A stretch of 64,000 bases of DNA from Callorhinchus milii (taxonomy: Eukaryota), in assembly GCF_018977255.1 (NCBI RefSeq), contig NW_024704747.1:10106001-10170000 (forward strand). Reading direction: 5' to 3'. The stretch's first letter is position 1, and the number at the start of each line of letters is the position of its first letter. Both the position numbers and the translations under genes were made by a program. Positions 35,630 to 50,520 of this stretch are shown here, in pieces. The notes below the pieces were generated by a model that was not told the origin of the DNA, ran no database searches, and saw only the letters and a program-made list of their open reading frames with translations.

Positions 35630-36110
35630 AATCAGTTGAGTTTTGATCCCCGGATGGAATACGATATAGCGTTCTGGTCACTGCAACATGAAGGGACCGC
35701 CCAGGTCCTAGAGGCAGTGCAGAGGAAAGCAACAAGGGTGATCTCCACTGTTATAGGAATGTGTTGAGCAACAATTAGACAAGCTAGACTCTTCAGCCTT
35801 GAGAGAAGACAGGAGGTGTATAACATTTTAAATGGGATTGAAAAAGTAAACCCAGAACAATATTTTAGGTTGCACCAAGACAGTAGAATGAGAGGACATA
35901 GGTTTAGAGCTGCAAAGCACAATTACAGGACAGAAACCATGATGTTTTTCTTTACCCAGAAAGTAATTATTGACTGGAACAAACTGCCAAGATGGGTGGT
36001 TAAGCCTGGAACACTAGACTCATTTAAAAAACACAGCTTGATACTCTGATGGGAGGATGATAAGATGGGCATTCTGGAAGGACGAGATAATATGGGCCCA
36101 AACTAATCTT
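35630..36110 (+). mobile_element. CR1 (older family) 3' fragment
   Basis: LEAVQRKATR, MYNILNGIEKVNP, SRMRGH and FFTQKV..WNKLP. The 3'UTR gatactctgatgggagg...ggcattctggaa is shared with ~54185. Confidence 0.8.
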
Positions 36111-36344
36111 CTGATCTTGTGAGTGGAGTGTATTATCTGTCTAGCATGGTCCTTATGTTGCACCTAATGGTGCAATACTAACAGCATTTCGGACACAGGA
36201 ACACTGTCCACTACCAGTGCTGTTGATTTGTTATTTAACAAGTCGATCAAGATTTTGGCTGGCAATTGAAAAGCAATAGAGTTTGATTTTCAAATCATGG
36301 CCCTTTACACTGGCTTATTTACAATCATTCATAGAATGCTTTAT

Positions 36345-36800
36345 TAGGAATGGGGGATCTTGATTATGAGGAAAGGCTAGTGAGGCTGGGATTATTCTCA
36401 TTGGAGCAGTGAAGGTTACGAGGAGACCTAATAGAGATCTTCAAAATCATGAGGGGATTTGATAGGTTAGAAAGGGAAAAACTGTTTCCACTGGTGGGTG
36501 TGTCGGTGACTCAAGGTCACAGATTTAAAATAGTCTCTAAAAGAAGCAGAGGGGAGGTGAGAAGAATTTTTTTCACGCAGCGAGTTGTTCAAATCTGGAA
36601 TGCATTGCCTGAAAGGGTGGTGGAGGCCGATTCGATAACAACTTTTAAAAACGCGGTGGATGGGTATTTGAGGAGGACGGGTTTGCAGGGTTATGGGGAA
36701 AGGGCTGGGGAGTGGGATTGACATTAATTGCTCTAGTCAAAGAGCCGGCACAGACTCGATGGGCCGAATGGCGTCTTTTTGTGCTTTACGATTCTATGAT
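36345..36800 (+). mobile_element. CR1 3' end (same family as 5528)
   Basis: MRGFDRLEREKLFP...WNALPERVVEADS, ending gattctatgatt. Confidence 0.92.
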
Positions 36801-39800
36801 TAGAGTTCTCTCATGCTTCCAGCATTCATTGGCAGGATAATGTAAAACAAAAACACTAATTGTTTCATCAAGCTAATTATTTGCATCAGTATGAAGAACA
36901 TTCTCAGCATTCCGAATCAACAAAGATTTGTTCTCTGATGTCTGGAGCCAGCACGCAACGCAGTGTGATGGATGATGAGGGGCCATGGTGGTCTGAGTGG
37001 TCACTGACATGGGAGTGATTTGTCCCTTTTGTCATTATTTTTCTGGTAGCTCTACAACCCTGTAGGGGGTGACAATTGAGATCTTTTTCATAAATCTCTA
37101 TGGTCAGCTAAGTGTTCTTCAATCACCACTAGAAATCTTATTTCATTTGCAAATGTTAAATCAATCCAATCATTAAAATTAAGTTTGGGAAGATAAAAAT
37201 AATAAACAGCTAAAAAGACAAAGCAAAGGACCAGGTCACAATAACACAGGACACCATCCATAAATTATTCTTTAAAATGCATGTTGGGCACCAGAATAAA
37301 AGTCAATATCTTGCTGTTTTTACAATTATGAATAGTACTATTCTCTTAATTCTCAGATATTGTGTCTGATTATAAATGTAACAACTTTCTGCTTATCTTT
37401 AAAAGAAGCAGCATTCTGAAACAACATGAACGCTTAAGTAGTGAGCACATCTAATTTGGCAAACATTAAATTAATAAGAACTTATATAGGTGATGATTTT
37501 GTACATTTCCTTTACTTAAATAAGTTAAACCTTAGATTATAGCCAAAGATGACTCAAGCATTGTTCAGAATGCTTGTAAATTGCTAGTGTATTATACAGA
37601 AAATTATGCTGCCTATTATTAAATGCAATTGTGGCAGATTTAACAGGATGTGGCCCCAACACTAAACAGACTTTTTTCCCCCGTCTAAAAAGTTTAGTGC
37701 GTTACACTCCCATGCCAGATTTCTTTACAGTGGTGTCACTGTAAAATGCAGTTGATGACTCGCATAGTATAAATTATAGCAGGTGACAAACTGAAGTGCC
37801 AAAGGAAACAAAAGTGACTCTTGACATATGTGTACAAACTAATCAAAACATCTGTTCAAAATCAAATGATTTTCTTTTTTACTTGATTGTAACTCTTAAA
37901 GATTTTCATCTGGGTGAGTAAATAAAGTAGTTGGATACATCCCCACAATTTTCACCTCAATAGCCCTGTTTGCTCAACGTAAGTAGACATGCTTATTGCC
38001 TTGTGCGATATATTGAGACAGATTGTCACCAAAAGAAAAGAACTGCTACAACAAAGCACGCCCAGCTAGTATGACACCTGAGAACAAATGGAATTCATCA
38101 CTGATATGGTACAGCAGATGGATTTGAATGTAAGGCAATCTTGGCACTGGAAACCATAGTTGCAACATTGTGAAGTTTGTGTTTTACCCAAATTAGAATG
38201 AAATAGGCTCTGTTTATTTTCTTCTTTCCCCCCAAATCCTGCCTTTGTCAATATTGTATTCATGTTTACATTACACAAGTTGAAGGGATGTCTAGATCAT
38301 TGGTGCTAAGAAATATTCAACACTTGTAGTCTGTTAATGATTGTATTTTGCAATGTCAGATAATAACCACTAGAAAGTGCTCTTGATCAGTTCATGAGAA
38401 AAGTCAACACTGACCATTATGATATTAGACCTCTCTTGCTTTCTTTTTGTGCGAAAACAGGGCAGAAAGTTTCCCATTGATTTTATATGACACCACTGAA
38501 ATAGCTTGTAGCTTTTCAAAATAATTTAGTTTCACATCAACTATTACAGGCGTTCAGTAATCTCCAATGCAAGTGTGAACAAAAAATTAAAGTTATTGAA
38601 AAGGTCATTTCCAACCAGTATCACAATTACATCCGTTCCATTAAGTTATATTGATATGATCGATAATACTGCTACACCAAAGGATATTTTATATGGAAAT
38701 TAAAAGATTGTTTAAAACAAATCACATCAAATATTTTATCTTTTCTTTCAAAACTGTTCTTCTACAGATAGAGATTACGTGCACCCAATATTAGAACGCT
38801 TTACCGTATTCTATGCTACATTTCACAAGCTGTTCAATGTTTCCAATAAGGAAAAAAAATCAGTTCACCAATTGTACAGCAGGATTTCATTCTATTTCAA
38901 ATAAGCAGCCTATTTAAATCAATTATCAGCTTAAAATGAGCAGCCTGATCTAATTAGTGTTAGCCCCTGGTGAATTAAAGAATGAAAGGGAGGTGCTTCA
39001 CAGAGCTCATGAGATCTAATACCCCACAGGACACTATTCTAGTGACCACTGTGACAGACAGAGTCTCTGCAGGATGATGGTTCTTCTAAGTGCTTGATCA
39101 TGCAGAATACTCCCAAGGCACAAAGATTCTGTTCAAAAGCCATGGAATTAAAAGGAGGATTTTCTGCAACACAAAACTCTTTCAAAATATCTACTTGACC
39201 ATTTTACTTTATTCCAAACACGGTGCATCTAACATTTCTACAAGATTTGAATTCAGTTTTCCAATTTACAAATTATTGATCAATTTTAATTCAGTTGCAT
39301 AACACTGAAATGTTAGGAAATATGACCAGAAAAAAACTAAGATTGCAACATCTTCCAACTGGAACACAAGGATTGTTGCCATGTTTTGGTTCTGATTACT
39401 TAATGAGCTAATAAAGATACAGCAAACTAATTAGCATAATGTTCAATATTTCAATCTCATATGATTGCACTATAATAACTGCAGTGTTAGGAGATATCCT
39501 CTTTAAGCAAGACCATTTGAAATGAAAGTCCACCTAATTTAATGTTTTTTAGCTGAAATAGCTCACAAATGTATTTCTGTATTTTCAATATTACAAAACA
39601 TGATCCAATTATTTTTCTTATATTTTCTTTGTCAGGGGAGTCCAAAACTTGGTATTTACAACAGGATTCGAAAAGGTTTCATTAATATTGAGATCTGCAG
39701 GTAACCAGACTTATGTCATGCCAACTTCCACTTCCTATGTTCTGAATCATTAGGAAGTGGAAATTACCATGTCTATTTGCAGATATGGAGGAAAGGATTC

Positions 39801-42800
39801 AGGTGTTATTATTGATTAGTCATTTAAATGTTCTCATTGAAGTGAAGCTACTCACAACACAGCTAATCAAATATTGAACTAGCATCTTCAAGATATTTGA
39901 CTGCAAGTCAAAAGAAGTTATTGTTGGAGAAGGATTTAAAATATTTGCCAACGAGATCTTGGATCTGTGGAACAGACCCAGTAAAGGTAGTTGATATTAC
40001 AGTATAGGTGAGTAAACACTCTATGGACACAATGGAGTCGAGGGTGGGGTAGGGAAGTATTAACTATGGAAACAAGGAGACAGTTTGAATAGTGGAGATG
40101 TGAAATTGATCAATATTTTAGAGGTTTTGCTTCATTAGCTTTGGGAATCGAGGAGTATTTGTGCTGAACTTTCTCAGAGGAGATTGATTTTATGGGGGTT
40201 ACAGGCCACAAAAGGGTACATTTTGTAATCTAAGGAATGAATGCATTTGATGGCGGTCTTTCATTCCATGCTATGTTGTTATTAAAGTGAACTATCTGGA
40301 CATCAGCAGACCAGTGTATGAGGTCACCTGCGAAACAGTTCACCTTTAGGACTTCAGTACTAGTAAAGATCACCAGTGTCCGCCCACTTGTATACTTCCT
40401 GGCACCTGGGGAACCATCTTAAATTCAACTGGATTGCAGAGTCCTGCTGTATTAAGAAAGTAAATTAATTGCTATATAGACAGGCAAGCTACTACATTAT
40501 CAACAGTAAATGGATCACAGAAATGGGGAAACTATTGCCAGAGGGTCTCAGTGACAAACTGTTGTCCACAGTTGGGCACAATTGTTTTGAAGTTTCCATA
40601 CAGATATGGAACTGCTATTTGACATCTGGGTTTTGTTTTTGCTACCTATTTTTGCAGATAATTTCTTTGATTATCTTTTGTACAACTGCTCATTTTGGTC
40701 CAAATGATTCTATAATTCTATAATTCCAACGTATATGAATATAGACACACATCTAGAGTGGTTAAAAAAACAAATTTAAGATGTGCCCTATCATATCCAG
40801 TGTTTTTGTTTTGAAAGGGAAGTTGTTTTCAATATGCTCTCTCATTTACAAATGAAATATTTTCTTTGTGATTTTTTTCTTCTTCCCATTTGTTCAATTA
40901 CATTAGATACTGAACTTGTGTTTAAAATTCACATGTTTCATTTGATAATGTCTGTTTATACACATATGTATTTTACAAAATGCTGTATGTAGCTATCTGG
41001 ACGGCTCTAACACTTGATCTGATGTTCATGCAGAAGTCTAGAAGTGGGAGTCCCAGAGCTTTCGGTCACTCAAGTACATTTGCCTCAGATGGATGAGTCT
41101 CATCAGATCCTGACTCATTTGTTGGATGAAGTGATAGGTGGAAGTTGAGCGTACCATCCCGCTGAAGGAAATATCACTCAATTGGTGTTTGGAGCACCAT
41201 GGGCAGTGGTCACAAGGAAGTTTGACACCCACTATTCAATTATTCGCAGTGGAAATTCATGCATGGTGAGAAGCAATCCAATAGAGATGAGGCAGAAAAA
41301 GTAATTTTCAGGTGAATTGCTCTACATGGTACAACATCTACTCTACTACCAACATATGCCCTTAATGCTTCATGCTCCTAAGGATCCAATTGCTTGCACT
41401 TCTACTATGATATATAAACTAAGATATCTCTGTCATTTTAAGTATTAACTGTCAATCTAATAGTGCATCTAGATTCAACAGTTGTAATCTTAGCTAAATG
41501 TTCCAAATGATGTATTGATCACTTCTGAAAACCAGTAACTGATTTAAATTTGGTGCTAGCGACTCGAAAGTGAGTTTCCAATCCATTACATTATTTAACT
41601 GAAATATACAACATTATTCCAGAGAGCAATGTGTATTGGTTTGTGTTGAGATACAATCAATATTTTCACCAGTGAAGCTAACGATGTCATAACAATAATG
41701 TTACAAGCGAGATTTTATCAATTTTGTGACTCTCACATCTTATAGTTCTCACGTCTGTATGTAGTACGTATTTAAAATACAGATTTCAAACTCATTTGTG
41801 TTTTATGACTTCAGAAGTATAGGCAATAGGAAATGTCTAAATGTATCGTCACAGTTCTCAGACCACACACATGGTATAAACAGTGATACACAGAGAGATA
41901 AAGCAGATTAATCATGAATCCTATCAGACCTCACTAAAAGCAGATGCTCCTAATCACACCAGACTGTATTATGCTTCAGCATATTTGCTAGGATCCAACA
42001 TCTGGCACATAATGGAGGCAGCATGTCCAACTCGGTTCACACTGAACTCCTGCAGGGTCAGCTTTTACTAACCTTTAGTTCCCTATACAAAATTCCAAAA
42101 TTAGCACTGCAGACTACTAAAAAAAAGTCACACATCAGTATTGCATATAAGTACCTGAGATATAAGACAAGCATTAAAACTGAAAATACATCATCAGGAT
42201 TTAACTTCTCTCCAGAAATTTTTCATACTTGACCATATCTTGGAATCTTGCTGGGCAACAAAAGGGCATTTATGTAAGTTCTTCAAATTCTTTGGTGTGA
42301 AAGGGCCATATGGCACTATTTTAAAAAAAACAACTACTGTTCCACAACCGACAACATTCTAAAAGTTAAGTTGCTGATTGCTGATTGAAAATTGATCAAA
42401 TCCTTTCCAGCAAAAGTGGCTTACTTTGGCAGAGTTTTTTTTACATTGGAAATAGTTCGTGTATTTTGTGTATCATATACAGTATTGTATAGTTTTTAAA
42501 AAAAAAAGAATATTTAATTGATGAGGCGATAGAGTGTACTGGTGATGTGTGCAACTCCACGGCTAAACTCCAATCTCAGCAACATCATGGTTGCAGATGC
42601 TAAGATGAGACCACTTGTTCTAACACTGGTGAGAGAGAAAACCCAAGAAAAGTTGGTTCTCAGGGCCACTCATGTGCCTTATGGTGGATTCACGATAGTA
42701 TTGGGACCAAGTCAGTGCCCATGCTTTCAGCGCAACTGGTGTACAGTTCAGCTTTATTCATTTCTCCAGAACAAGTGGTTATGTGAATCAGTTCTCACAA

Positions 42801-45800
42801 AGGAATTGGCCCAAAGGCAAAATAAGCAGAGTAAATGGACAAATCGCACAGCTCAGCCTACTAAGCAAAGCTGAAGGTCCCAGGAGGGAGAATCCAACCT
42901 TCCTTCCTTATAATCAGTCATTACTCATGTTTTCAGAGTTGTACATTCTTAACTTTTGAACCAAAACAAAATGGCAGTAAAGCAACAAAAACTGTAAAAT
43001 AATTTGATGTCTTTCATAGGCCAGGTGTCAATTTTTAAAAAATATACACATATTTTATTTATTACACTATTTATCATGAAAAGGAAATTGGACAGTGCAT
43101 GTCCTGTGGTACACAAGCTCATCCTCTCTGATGCTCTTCTGTTTCTGGTGTGTCATTGTAAAATTCATTTGAATGATCATTGATCTGGCAGCAGATACAC
43201 TGTTTTGCTTTGCAAAAAGACCTTAAACATGCCAAGAATGCACTGAAGTGCCTAAATGGTAAAATAGGCAAATGTTGTAGTATGATAACTTTTGAAACAA
43301 TTGAACTTTGAGTTGTAGAATTTAATTTTATTTCTAAGAAGAATGTTCCGTCCGTATAGAAATACATATGAAATTTCTAGAACCAATCTCACTGAAAATA
43401 ATATTAACTTTCAATATCCATAAATTGAAAACCTGAAAACTAGATTAAATGGAGGAATTACTTCACCAACAACAAATTACACTGTAAAAAGTGTTGTCTT
43501 ATCTACAAGTTGAACTGGTATAACCTTTTTGTAAAATCTAAAACAAAAGGCTAGTAGCTAAATATACACAGAGTGGCAGGAAGTTGATTCATGCTACAAC
43601 TGTCCATATGGCAAATTTCCAATTTCCGCAAAGCTATAAAGCAGTGCTTCCAACACAGGAAAGAGGGCAAGTCAATCTGTGTCATTCTCACGTTTCCTTG
43701 GAGGTGTGTTACAGATTAACATTGGTAGAGGCCTAAGAGCAGGTTGTTTGCCTCCTCCTCAGTGAGGGGTGGATTGCAGTGGTTAGGGTTGGAGAAAAAT
43801 AAGATAACAAAATGGGTCAGGAAAAATACATGATATTAAAAGAAAGCCAAATAATTGGGTAAAATACAACTTCAATGTAAAATCTGCCTAAGGCATTTCA
43901 CTAAAATGACCAGGTTAAATTTAATTAATGCTTTTGTCAATTGATTCAGTGGGCTAACATTTCAAGAGGTTGCTGCCAATCCCAGACCTGTTGCCTAATT
44001 CCTAAAAATTATCAAAACATGTAAGAGAAGCATGACTTGCATGCAATGTTTTAGATCACATGGATAGCTTGTCTAACATCAGCCACTATTTCCTGAAAGT
44101 CTGCATGCATAGAATATAGTCAGCATAACTTTGTTAGGACTGTATTGTAGTTGCTAATCAAATCTTTTAAAGAACATTAAACAAGCCATCAGTACTGATG
44201 AACTACAAGTACTTCCAGATAGCATATCCATCCTTGACCTTTAACCTGGACACACACCTGTGAATATCTACAGGATACATCACAATAATGGAAATTTACT
44301 AGAATTGTTGATATTTCTTGATTGCTACATGTGGTTTGTTATTGTTGTGTTCAGGAGCTGGAGGCAGTTACTAGAGATTTTTATGTTTATTATGCAATCA
44401 CACAAATTTTTCAGTGCAGGAACTATATGAAGGCAAAATGATAGTTCAGGAGAAAAATGTTATGAAAGGCTATTCTATTTCAGAAGGATAAGTGTAGAGA
44501 TGTTTTAAAATGAATACTTTTCTACCAAAGTGGTAAACAGTATCTCAGCACCTAAATTTATAGAGTATATATATAAAACAAATCTTGGTTCTCTTCTACT
44601 TGCTTACTTCTTTTGACTTGAACGTTTTGATCTTATTAAGCAGAATTTTGCACACGGAGATGCAGATGTGCTCAGCCATTGTTTATAAGGCCAAAATGAA
44701 TAAGTATAATGCCAACAAAATGCATTTTATTGAAATGTTAACTTCAAATAAAAAGTTTGTTCTGATACATTTGTATTTAACCCTTAATTTCTTGGTCATT
44801 ATGTAAATTGCAAGGATTATTGTTATAAATAGTTTTTTTCTAATCCGGTTTCGTTATAAATGTTTTTAAACATCGCGTTTTCTTTTCCCTTTCTTGACTC
44901 CCACAAGCTACTTACTCTACTTTAGGACTAAATCTTCCATTTCTAATTTGTCTCTTGGGACTGTTTGTTCCCTGCTTACGCACCTCCCCGATTTAAGCTA
45001 AACTTGATATTTGGTCACGCATTATACACATCTACACAGCTGATTATAAATATGCTAAGATATTGGTTTCCTCAATGCACCCTATTTTTCCTTTCAGAAC
45101 ATGGATATTATGTCCATGCAGCAGCAACCTGGGGAAACTAAGGCCTAAACCATCAACACTGGATGTGGGGATATGTTTGAAAAACTCAGCACAATGGCTT
45201 TCTGCAGAGCTGGACCACTCTTACTGATGCAATTTAAGTTTTTTTTTCCTTTCTAAAATTGAACAATTGAATGTTAGACCTACTGGGGGTATTATCAGTC
45301 ATGCATGCAGTTCACATTACTATCCACAATTGTGCATAGTCGTCATTTACATATTAAAAATTGCCTCATAAATAGTGCATAATGCACACAATATGAACAT
45401 TTTTAGTGTTGCATATGGGAAGTCAACAAAGATTATGTCTTGAGAACTCCGAAAAGAATAATTTATTCCCTCATTTTAGTAATGGAATTGTAAAAGCACA
45501 AACTCCAAGCCTATTAGGTCATTATAAACTTTCTAGACCAGCTCTTACCTATATTGTTTATCAGCATTATCTTAATTTGAAGGATAACCTTACCAAAGAA
45601 ACACAAAAATGAAACTAAAATGCAGATATTTGTGCTACTTTTTAATAAATATTATTTATTGCATTTATTATTTGGGAGTCAAAAGGGGGAAAAGAAAACG
45701 CAATGTATGAAAACATTGATGATGAAGCTGGATTAGGAAAAAAGCAATTTACAATAATGGTCAATATTAATCTGTCAGCAATTCTAATTTGTGTCCCACT

Positions 45801-47263
45801 ATCATTGGTAATTATTAGGACATTGCCTACAGACACAAAATAATGTAGTAAGGTGTATATGCACACCCAGGGAATTAGAGGCATTCCCTATGTAGAATGT
45901 GAAGTGAGTGACCTACTAGACTCACACAATGAAAGCGAATATGAATGCAAATGGAGCCTGTTTGAATGATGCTATGGCCCAACGCTATTATTCACACAAA
46001 GGGTGGACTCAAGTCAATAGTTCTGCTGCAAATTCATTGTGACTGTACTCTCATCAGTCCACCCAATCTAGTTGATGTCCGAGTGTTTGAAAACCACAAC
46101 ATTTACAATTCACATTAATATTTTTAAATAACGGTAATGCAATATTACATTTATAATCAGTTCTGTCCATTTGGACTTTTGTGTTGACTAGATAAGGAAA
46201 ATGTGCTTCTTTCATTTTGCAAATCTCAATTAATTAAAACTCCTTTTAAATAATTTATGGGGAAAAATATCCAGAAAATCTTTGTTTAGTCAGAGCATAT
46301 TGCACTTTATTAGCTGGAAAAGAGGTTTTAAGAAGACCTTTTATGGAAGAACTGAAGTGTCAGCGATTTCAGACAAAATTAATTATTTCAGCCTGATAAA
46401 CCTTTTCATCTATTTGACTCCTTATACAGAAAAGCCAATTAATAATGTCAAACATGCTTTGCCTCCTGGGACAGGCAAGAGCTGACGAGTCTGTTTACTG
46501 TGGAGGGGGCAGAAGAATGAGCTTCGTGTAAAAGTTTCTTAATCACGACACACCTGTCAAGCTCATTCTCATTATCTGTGTACAGAGGGCAAGCTTCACT
46601 TTGTCAGCAGTGGTTTTCGAAGAACTAACAATTGCCTGGGGAAGCGTAGAGGACTGTCGGCTAGTAGATGATTCACTTAATTACCAATCAGAACAGCAGA
46701 AGTGAATTCCTAAAGTATTACCAAAGACCAGCTGGACTACTACTAACAATTTTGGAGTTGTACCTGTAATAATCTGGTCCAACGAGATGAAGATAAGAAT
46801 TTATTATAACCAGCAATATTTAGTTAATCAAGAAAAGCAGGGACTGTATTGATGTACACCGATGACGTAAAATACATGACTAAAGTAATTTAAAATATTC
46901 AGTATCAAAGGGCAGATTGGTGTAGCCTGATAAACATATGAACAAGTACTTTTCTATTAGTATAATTCAGGACCGTCACACAAAGAATGGACCTAAGGTT
47001 TTATGTCTCCATTCTGCAAGTATACATTCATTATATAGATTGCAAATAAATACTCACTGACTGACAAGTCAACCTCTGAATAAATCTTGGTAATATCTTT
47101 AGTGTCATTTGATAGCAATGTGCAAATCTGTAGGGACATGCCATTGAAAACAAATATCTTCTTGTTAAAAATGGGAAAGCCCATTGAAATAATTAAAGAT
47201 CATTAGTTTGGGAAAATTGTGCATGATAGATCTCGTTCTTATTTGTTTGATTTACAAATCTGC

Positions 47264-47572
47264 AATAATAATAATCATAATAATCCTTGCATTTGATATA
47301 GCGCTGTTCACGTCTTCTAGACGTCTCAAAAGTGAATTGACTGTATATTTGTGGGCGAAACGTGGCAGCCAATTGTGCATGGCAGTGTTCCGCAAACAAT
47401 CGTGGATTGAGTGATGGAATTACTATTTTTTTAGGGATTATTATCCCCGGAAAAGCAATCCGCCATTCAACTAACAACCGGGTTCCTATTTAATGCTAGG
47501 TAAACAGAGGTATGTGGAATAAGGAAACTTGCCCAACATTTCGTTGTGCGGGGAATAGAACCCAGGTCTCTC
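47264..47572 (-). mobile_element. tRNA-headed SINE, long subfamily, head truncated
   Basis: Tail, core (gctaggtaaacagagg...aggaaacttgccc) and B-box region. Confidence 0.88.
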
Positions 47573-48253
47573 TATAGAGAATATAGAGTGTTTGTGGAAT
47601 AAATAAGCCATGCAATTAATTATCTTGATTTACAAGAATGGATAGTACTTACGATCAGTACTTTAGTCTGCAGTAGTGAAAGATTTTTTCAAAAAAANGT
47701 TGGCTTGTCTTCTTGTACAAATTCTATCTTTCTTACTCGAAATGAAAATAAACACTCTATTCATGAAATATAATTACTATACAAGTAGCATAAATTCTGC
47801 CTTTTGCTGAAAAATAGCTCTTATAAACACACACAGGCAAAATGCATTTAAATGGCAATAGTTTTTCAGGAAAGATGTAATTTAACAAATTGTGTTGGCT
47901 ATTTGTGGTTTGTTGGCAGCTACTTGATATTCTTAAGTGGAATTTACCTCCCTTTACATGAAATTATATGAACCAATTCATGAAATATACTCAATAATTA
48001 CATTGTAAAACAGTATATTATGATATTAAGGAGTAGCTTTTCAATTTTGGGGTGTCAGCCAGGGGTCTGACACATACAGAAACCCATCACAATGCTTAAG
48101 AATATCCAAACCAAACTGAGAATTCCCTGCGTCCCATCTATTCATGGAAATTCCAGAGATAGATTGTTGGAATGGAATATGCACTCTCTCTCTGAAGGGA
48201 CGTATTCTGTTAACCTAATTCCGGAAAGTATTAGGCATAGGTTGGCAAGAGAC

Positions 48254-48369
48254 ATAATAATAATAATCCTTGCATTTGATATAGCGCCTTATCATGTCTT
48301 TAAGACGTTTCAAAGCACTGCATAGAATATACTGTGAAGTGAATTGACTGTATATTTTGTGGGCGAAAC
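48254..48369 (-). mobile_element. SINE tail
   Basis: (aat)n ccttgcatttgatatagcgcc...gggcgaaac. Confidence 0.85.
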
Positions 48370-48439
48370 CATTGGGTCCCCAAGTCATGGCTTGGGGACT
48401 ACAGAGTGTGCATTAGGGGGAACTGCTGAAGTCTAACCA

Positions 48440-48590
48440 GCTAAAACTGCACAGCTTGCCTTTGATATCGCTGTCTGGCAAGCTTGCCCACTGCTTGTCC
48501 AGCTAGGACCACCTCTTAGGACTTTTGTCTGCAAGTGCAACAGGAGCTGAGTGGGATGATTCTCTGCCCCCAGTGACTGGTCATGGTAGT
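48440..48590 (-). mobile_element. Ancient SINE relic, LF-SINE-like
   Basis: Minus strand ggggcagaga...cctaagaggtggtcc...gcagtgggcaagcttgc resembles LF-SINE motifs as recalled. Confidence 0.3.
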
Positions 48591-49270
48591 ACATGTTGTA
48601 GTTAAATCAACAGTAACTCATCAAATACAACTCGTCAAAAGCAAGGATTATTATATTTATTTTCCCCATCCCTGGGGAGTTTCTTTTTCTCATGTTAGGC
48701 CAGTAAACAGATTATTTCACTACACAACATTTCAGGGTGAATTGAAAGATCTGCACGCCAGCTAGCCTGTTTTTAGATGCAGTATCTATCAGATAACCAT
48801 GTAGCACCACCGAAGATAATTATTACCAGTCTACAGACTCATATGTTAACATTCTGTTATCTGTAGAAAATATAAAAGGGATAAAGGATAAAAATTACAC
48901 ACCTGAATTTTCCTATAACCACTTCTTTACTGTTTTCTCAAACATTTTCTGATCAGCCAGGTTGTGTGCATGGAGTTTGGAGGCTATTTAAAAAATATAT
49001 ACCATTGAATCGTCTTTAATATTGCTTCCAGAGCAACTCTACCAGGTGCTACAAGTGAGAAATTGGTCTTTCTGGTCGGCAGTCCATTGATGCCTGGAAA
49101 ATGACTCTCTATTGATGAACAGCTCTCACCTATCAAGAAAACATGCTAAGGAGTTCACAGTAGCTCTTTATAAATGGGTTAACTACTTAATCATCCATAC
49201 ATGAAGATGAACATTGGACCTAATTCATTAAAATCTGCAATAAAATGTATGTAAAAATAAATCACCCTAT

Positions 49271-49452
49271 ATAATAATAATAATCCTTGCATTTGATATA
49301 GCGCTTTTCACGTCGGGAGGACGTCCCAAAGCGCTTCACAGAATACACTGAAAAGTGAATTGACTGTATATTTGTGGGCAAACGCGGCAGCCAATTGCGC
49401 ACAGCAATGTCCCACAAACAGTCGTGGATTGAGTGACCAAATTATTATTATG
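49271..49452 (-). mobile_element. SINE 3' half, young
   Basis: Near-identical to the 3' halves of the copies at 9009 and 50020. Confidence 0.92.
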
Positions 49453-49759
49453 TATTAATGGAATATTGAAATGGTGATGTGATGTTTCCATTTCTGGCCT
49501 TTAGTTTTGACTGCCAGAAGGAATAAGGAGCATGCAACCTAAACAATCTGTCTATGAAAGCAAGGTCTCATTCTTCAATATTAATCACTAAGAATTTATT
49601 TAGTTACTAAATATCTTACTTTTGATATTTTCTGGAAGCAACATTTAATATAAAAAATGCAGCACAAATCACTGCTACTTCAAAAATATGTAACATTATC
49701 TTGAATTAGTTAACAGTTGAAGATAATGAATTTAACTGGTGCCTTTGACAAGAGAATGG

Positions 49760-50520
49760 TTCATAAAGAATGATTGAAAGAATGGAGCAACTAAGTAAAT
49801 TGGACATGTTCCTGCTGGAAAAGAGAAGATTTAGAGGTGATATGATTGCTGTCTTTAAGATTCTAAAGGGGCTAGACAATGTAGCTCATGATAGACTGTT
49901 TCAACTAGTCCAGAATAGTAAAACCAGAGGACATGGCCTGCAATTGAAAGGGAACAAATTCTACGCAAACACTATTTCAGTGAGGAAGTAGCAAACCTGT
50001 GGAACAGGATCCCTAGGGAAATAATAATGATAATAATAATAATCCTCACATTTGATATAGCGCTTTTCACGTCGGGAGGACGTCCCAAAGCGCTTCACAG
50101 AACACACTGTAAAGTGAATTGACTGTATATTTGTGGGCGAACGCGGCAGCCAATTGCGCACAGCAATGTCCCACAAACAGTCGTGGATTGAAAATGACCA
50201 ATTTATTATTGTTTTGGTTTTTTTTGGAGGGATTATTATTAGGCTCTGTGTGGAGTAAGGAAACTTGCCCAAGGTTTCGCCCTCTGCCTGGAATTGAACT
50301 CAGGTCTCTCGCTTGCAAAGCGAGCACTCTAACCACTGAGCTACAGGACTCCACAAATGGCTGAAGCAGGAAATGTTGATTAGATAGATTTATTTTAGGG
50401 AATAACATTATGGGATATAGTACATGAGTAGCTTGGTACATGTATACATGTGACCACCAGGAAGGCAAACTATATGAACCTTGGTCTTTTTTTCGTCCAA
50501 CATTTCTTATGTTCTTATAT
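49760..50520 (+). mobile_element. CR1 3' end, interrupted by SINE
   Basis: LEKRRFRGDMIAVFKILKG..KTRGHG. The sequence resumes after 50354 and ends ttcttatgttcttat. Confidence 0.8.
50020..50354 (-). mobile_element. tRNA-headed SINE, short subfamily, full length, young
   Basis: Complete head to tail, nearly identical to the copies at 9009 and 63591. Confidence 0.95.

Noticed and set aside
42542-42874. 110-aa ORF
   Set aside because: No domain, no exon boundaries, and the length is compatible with chance.
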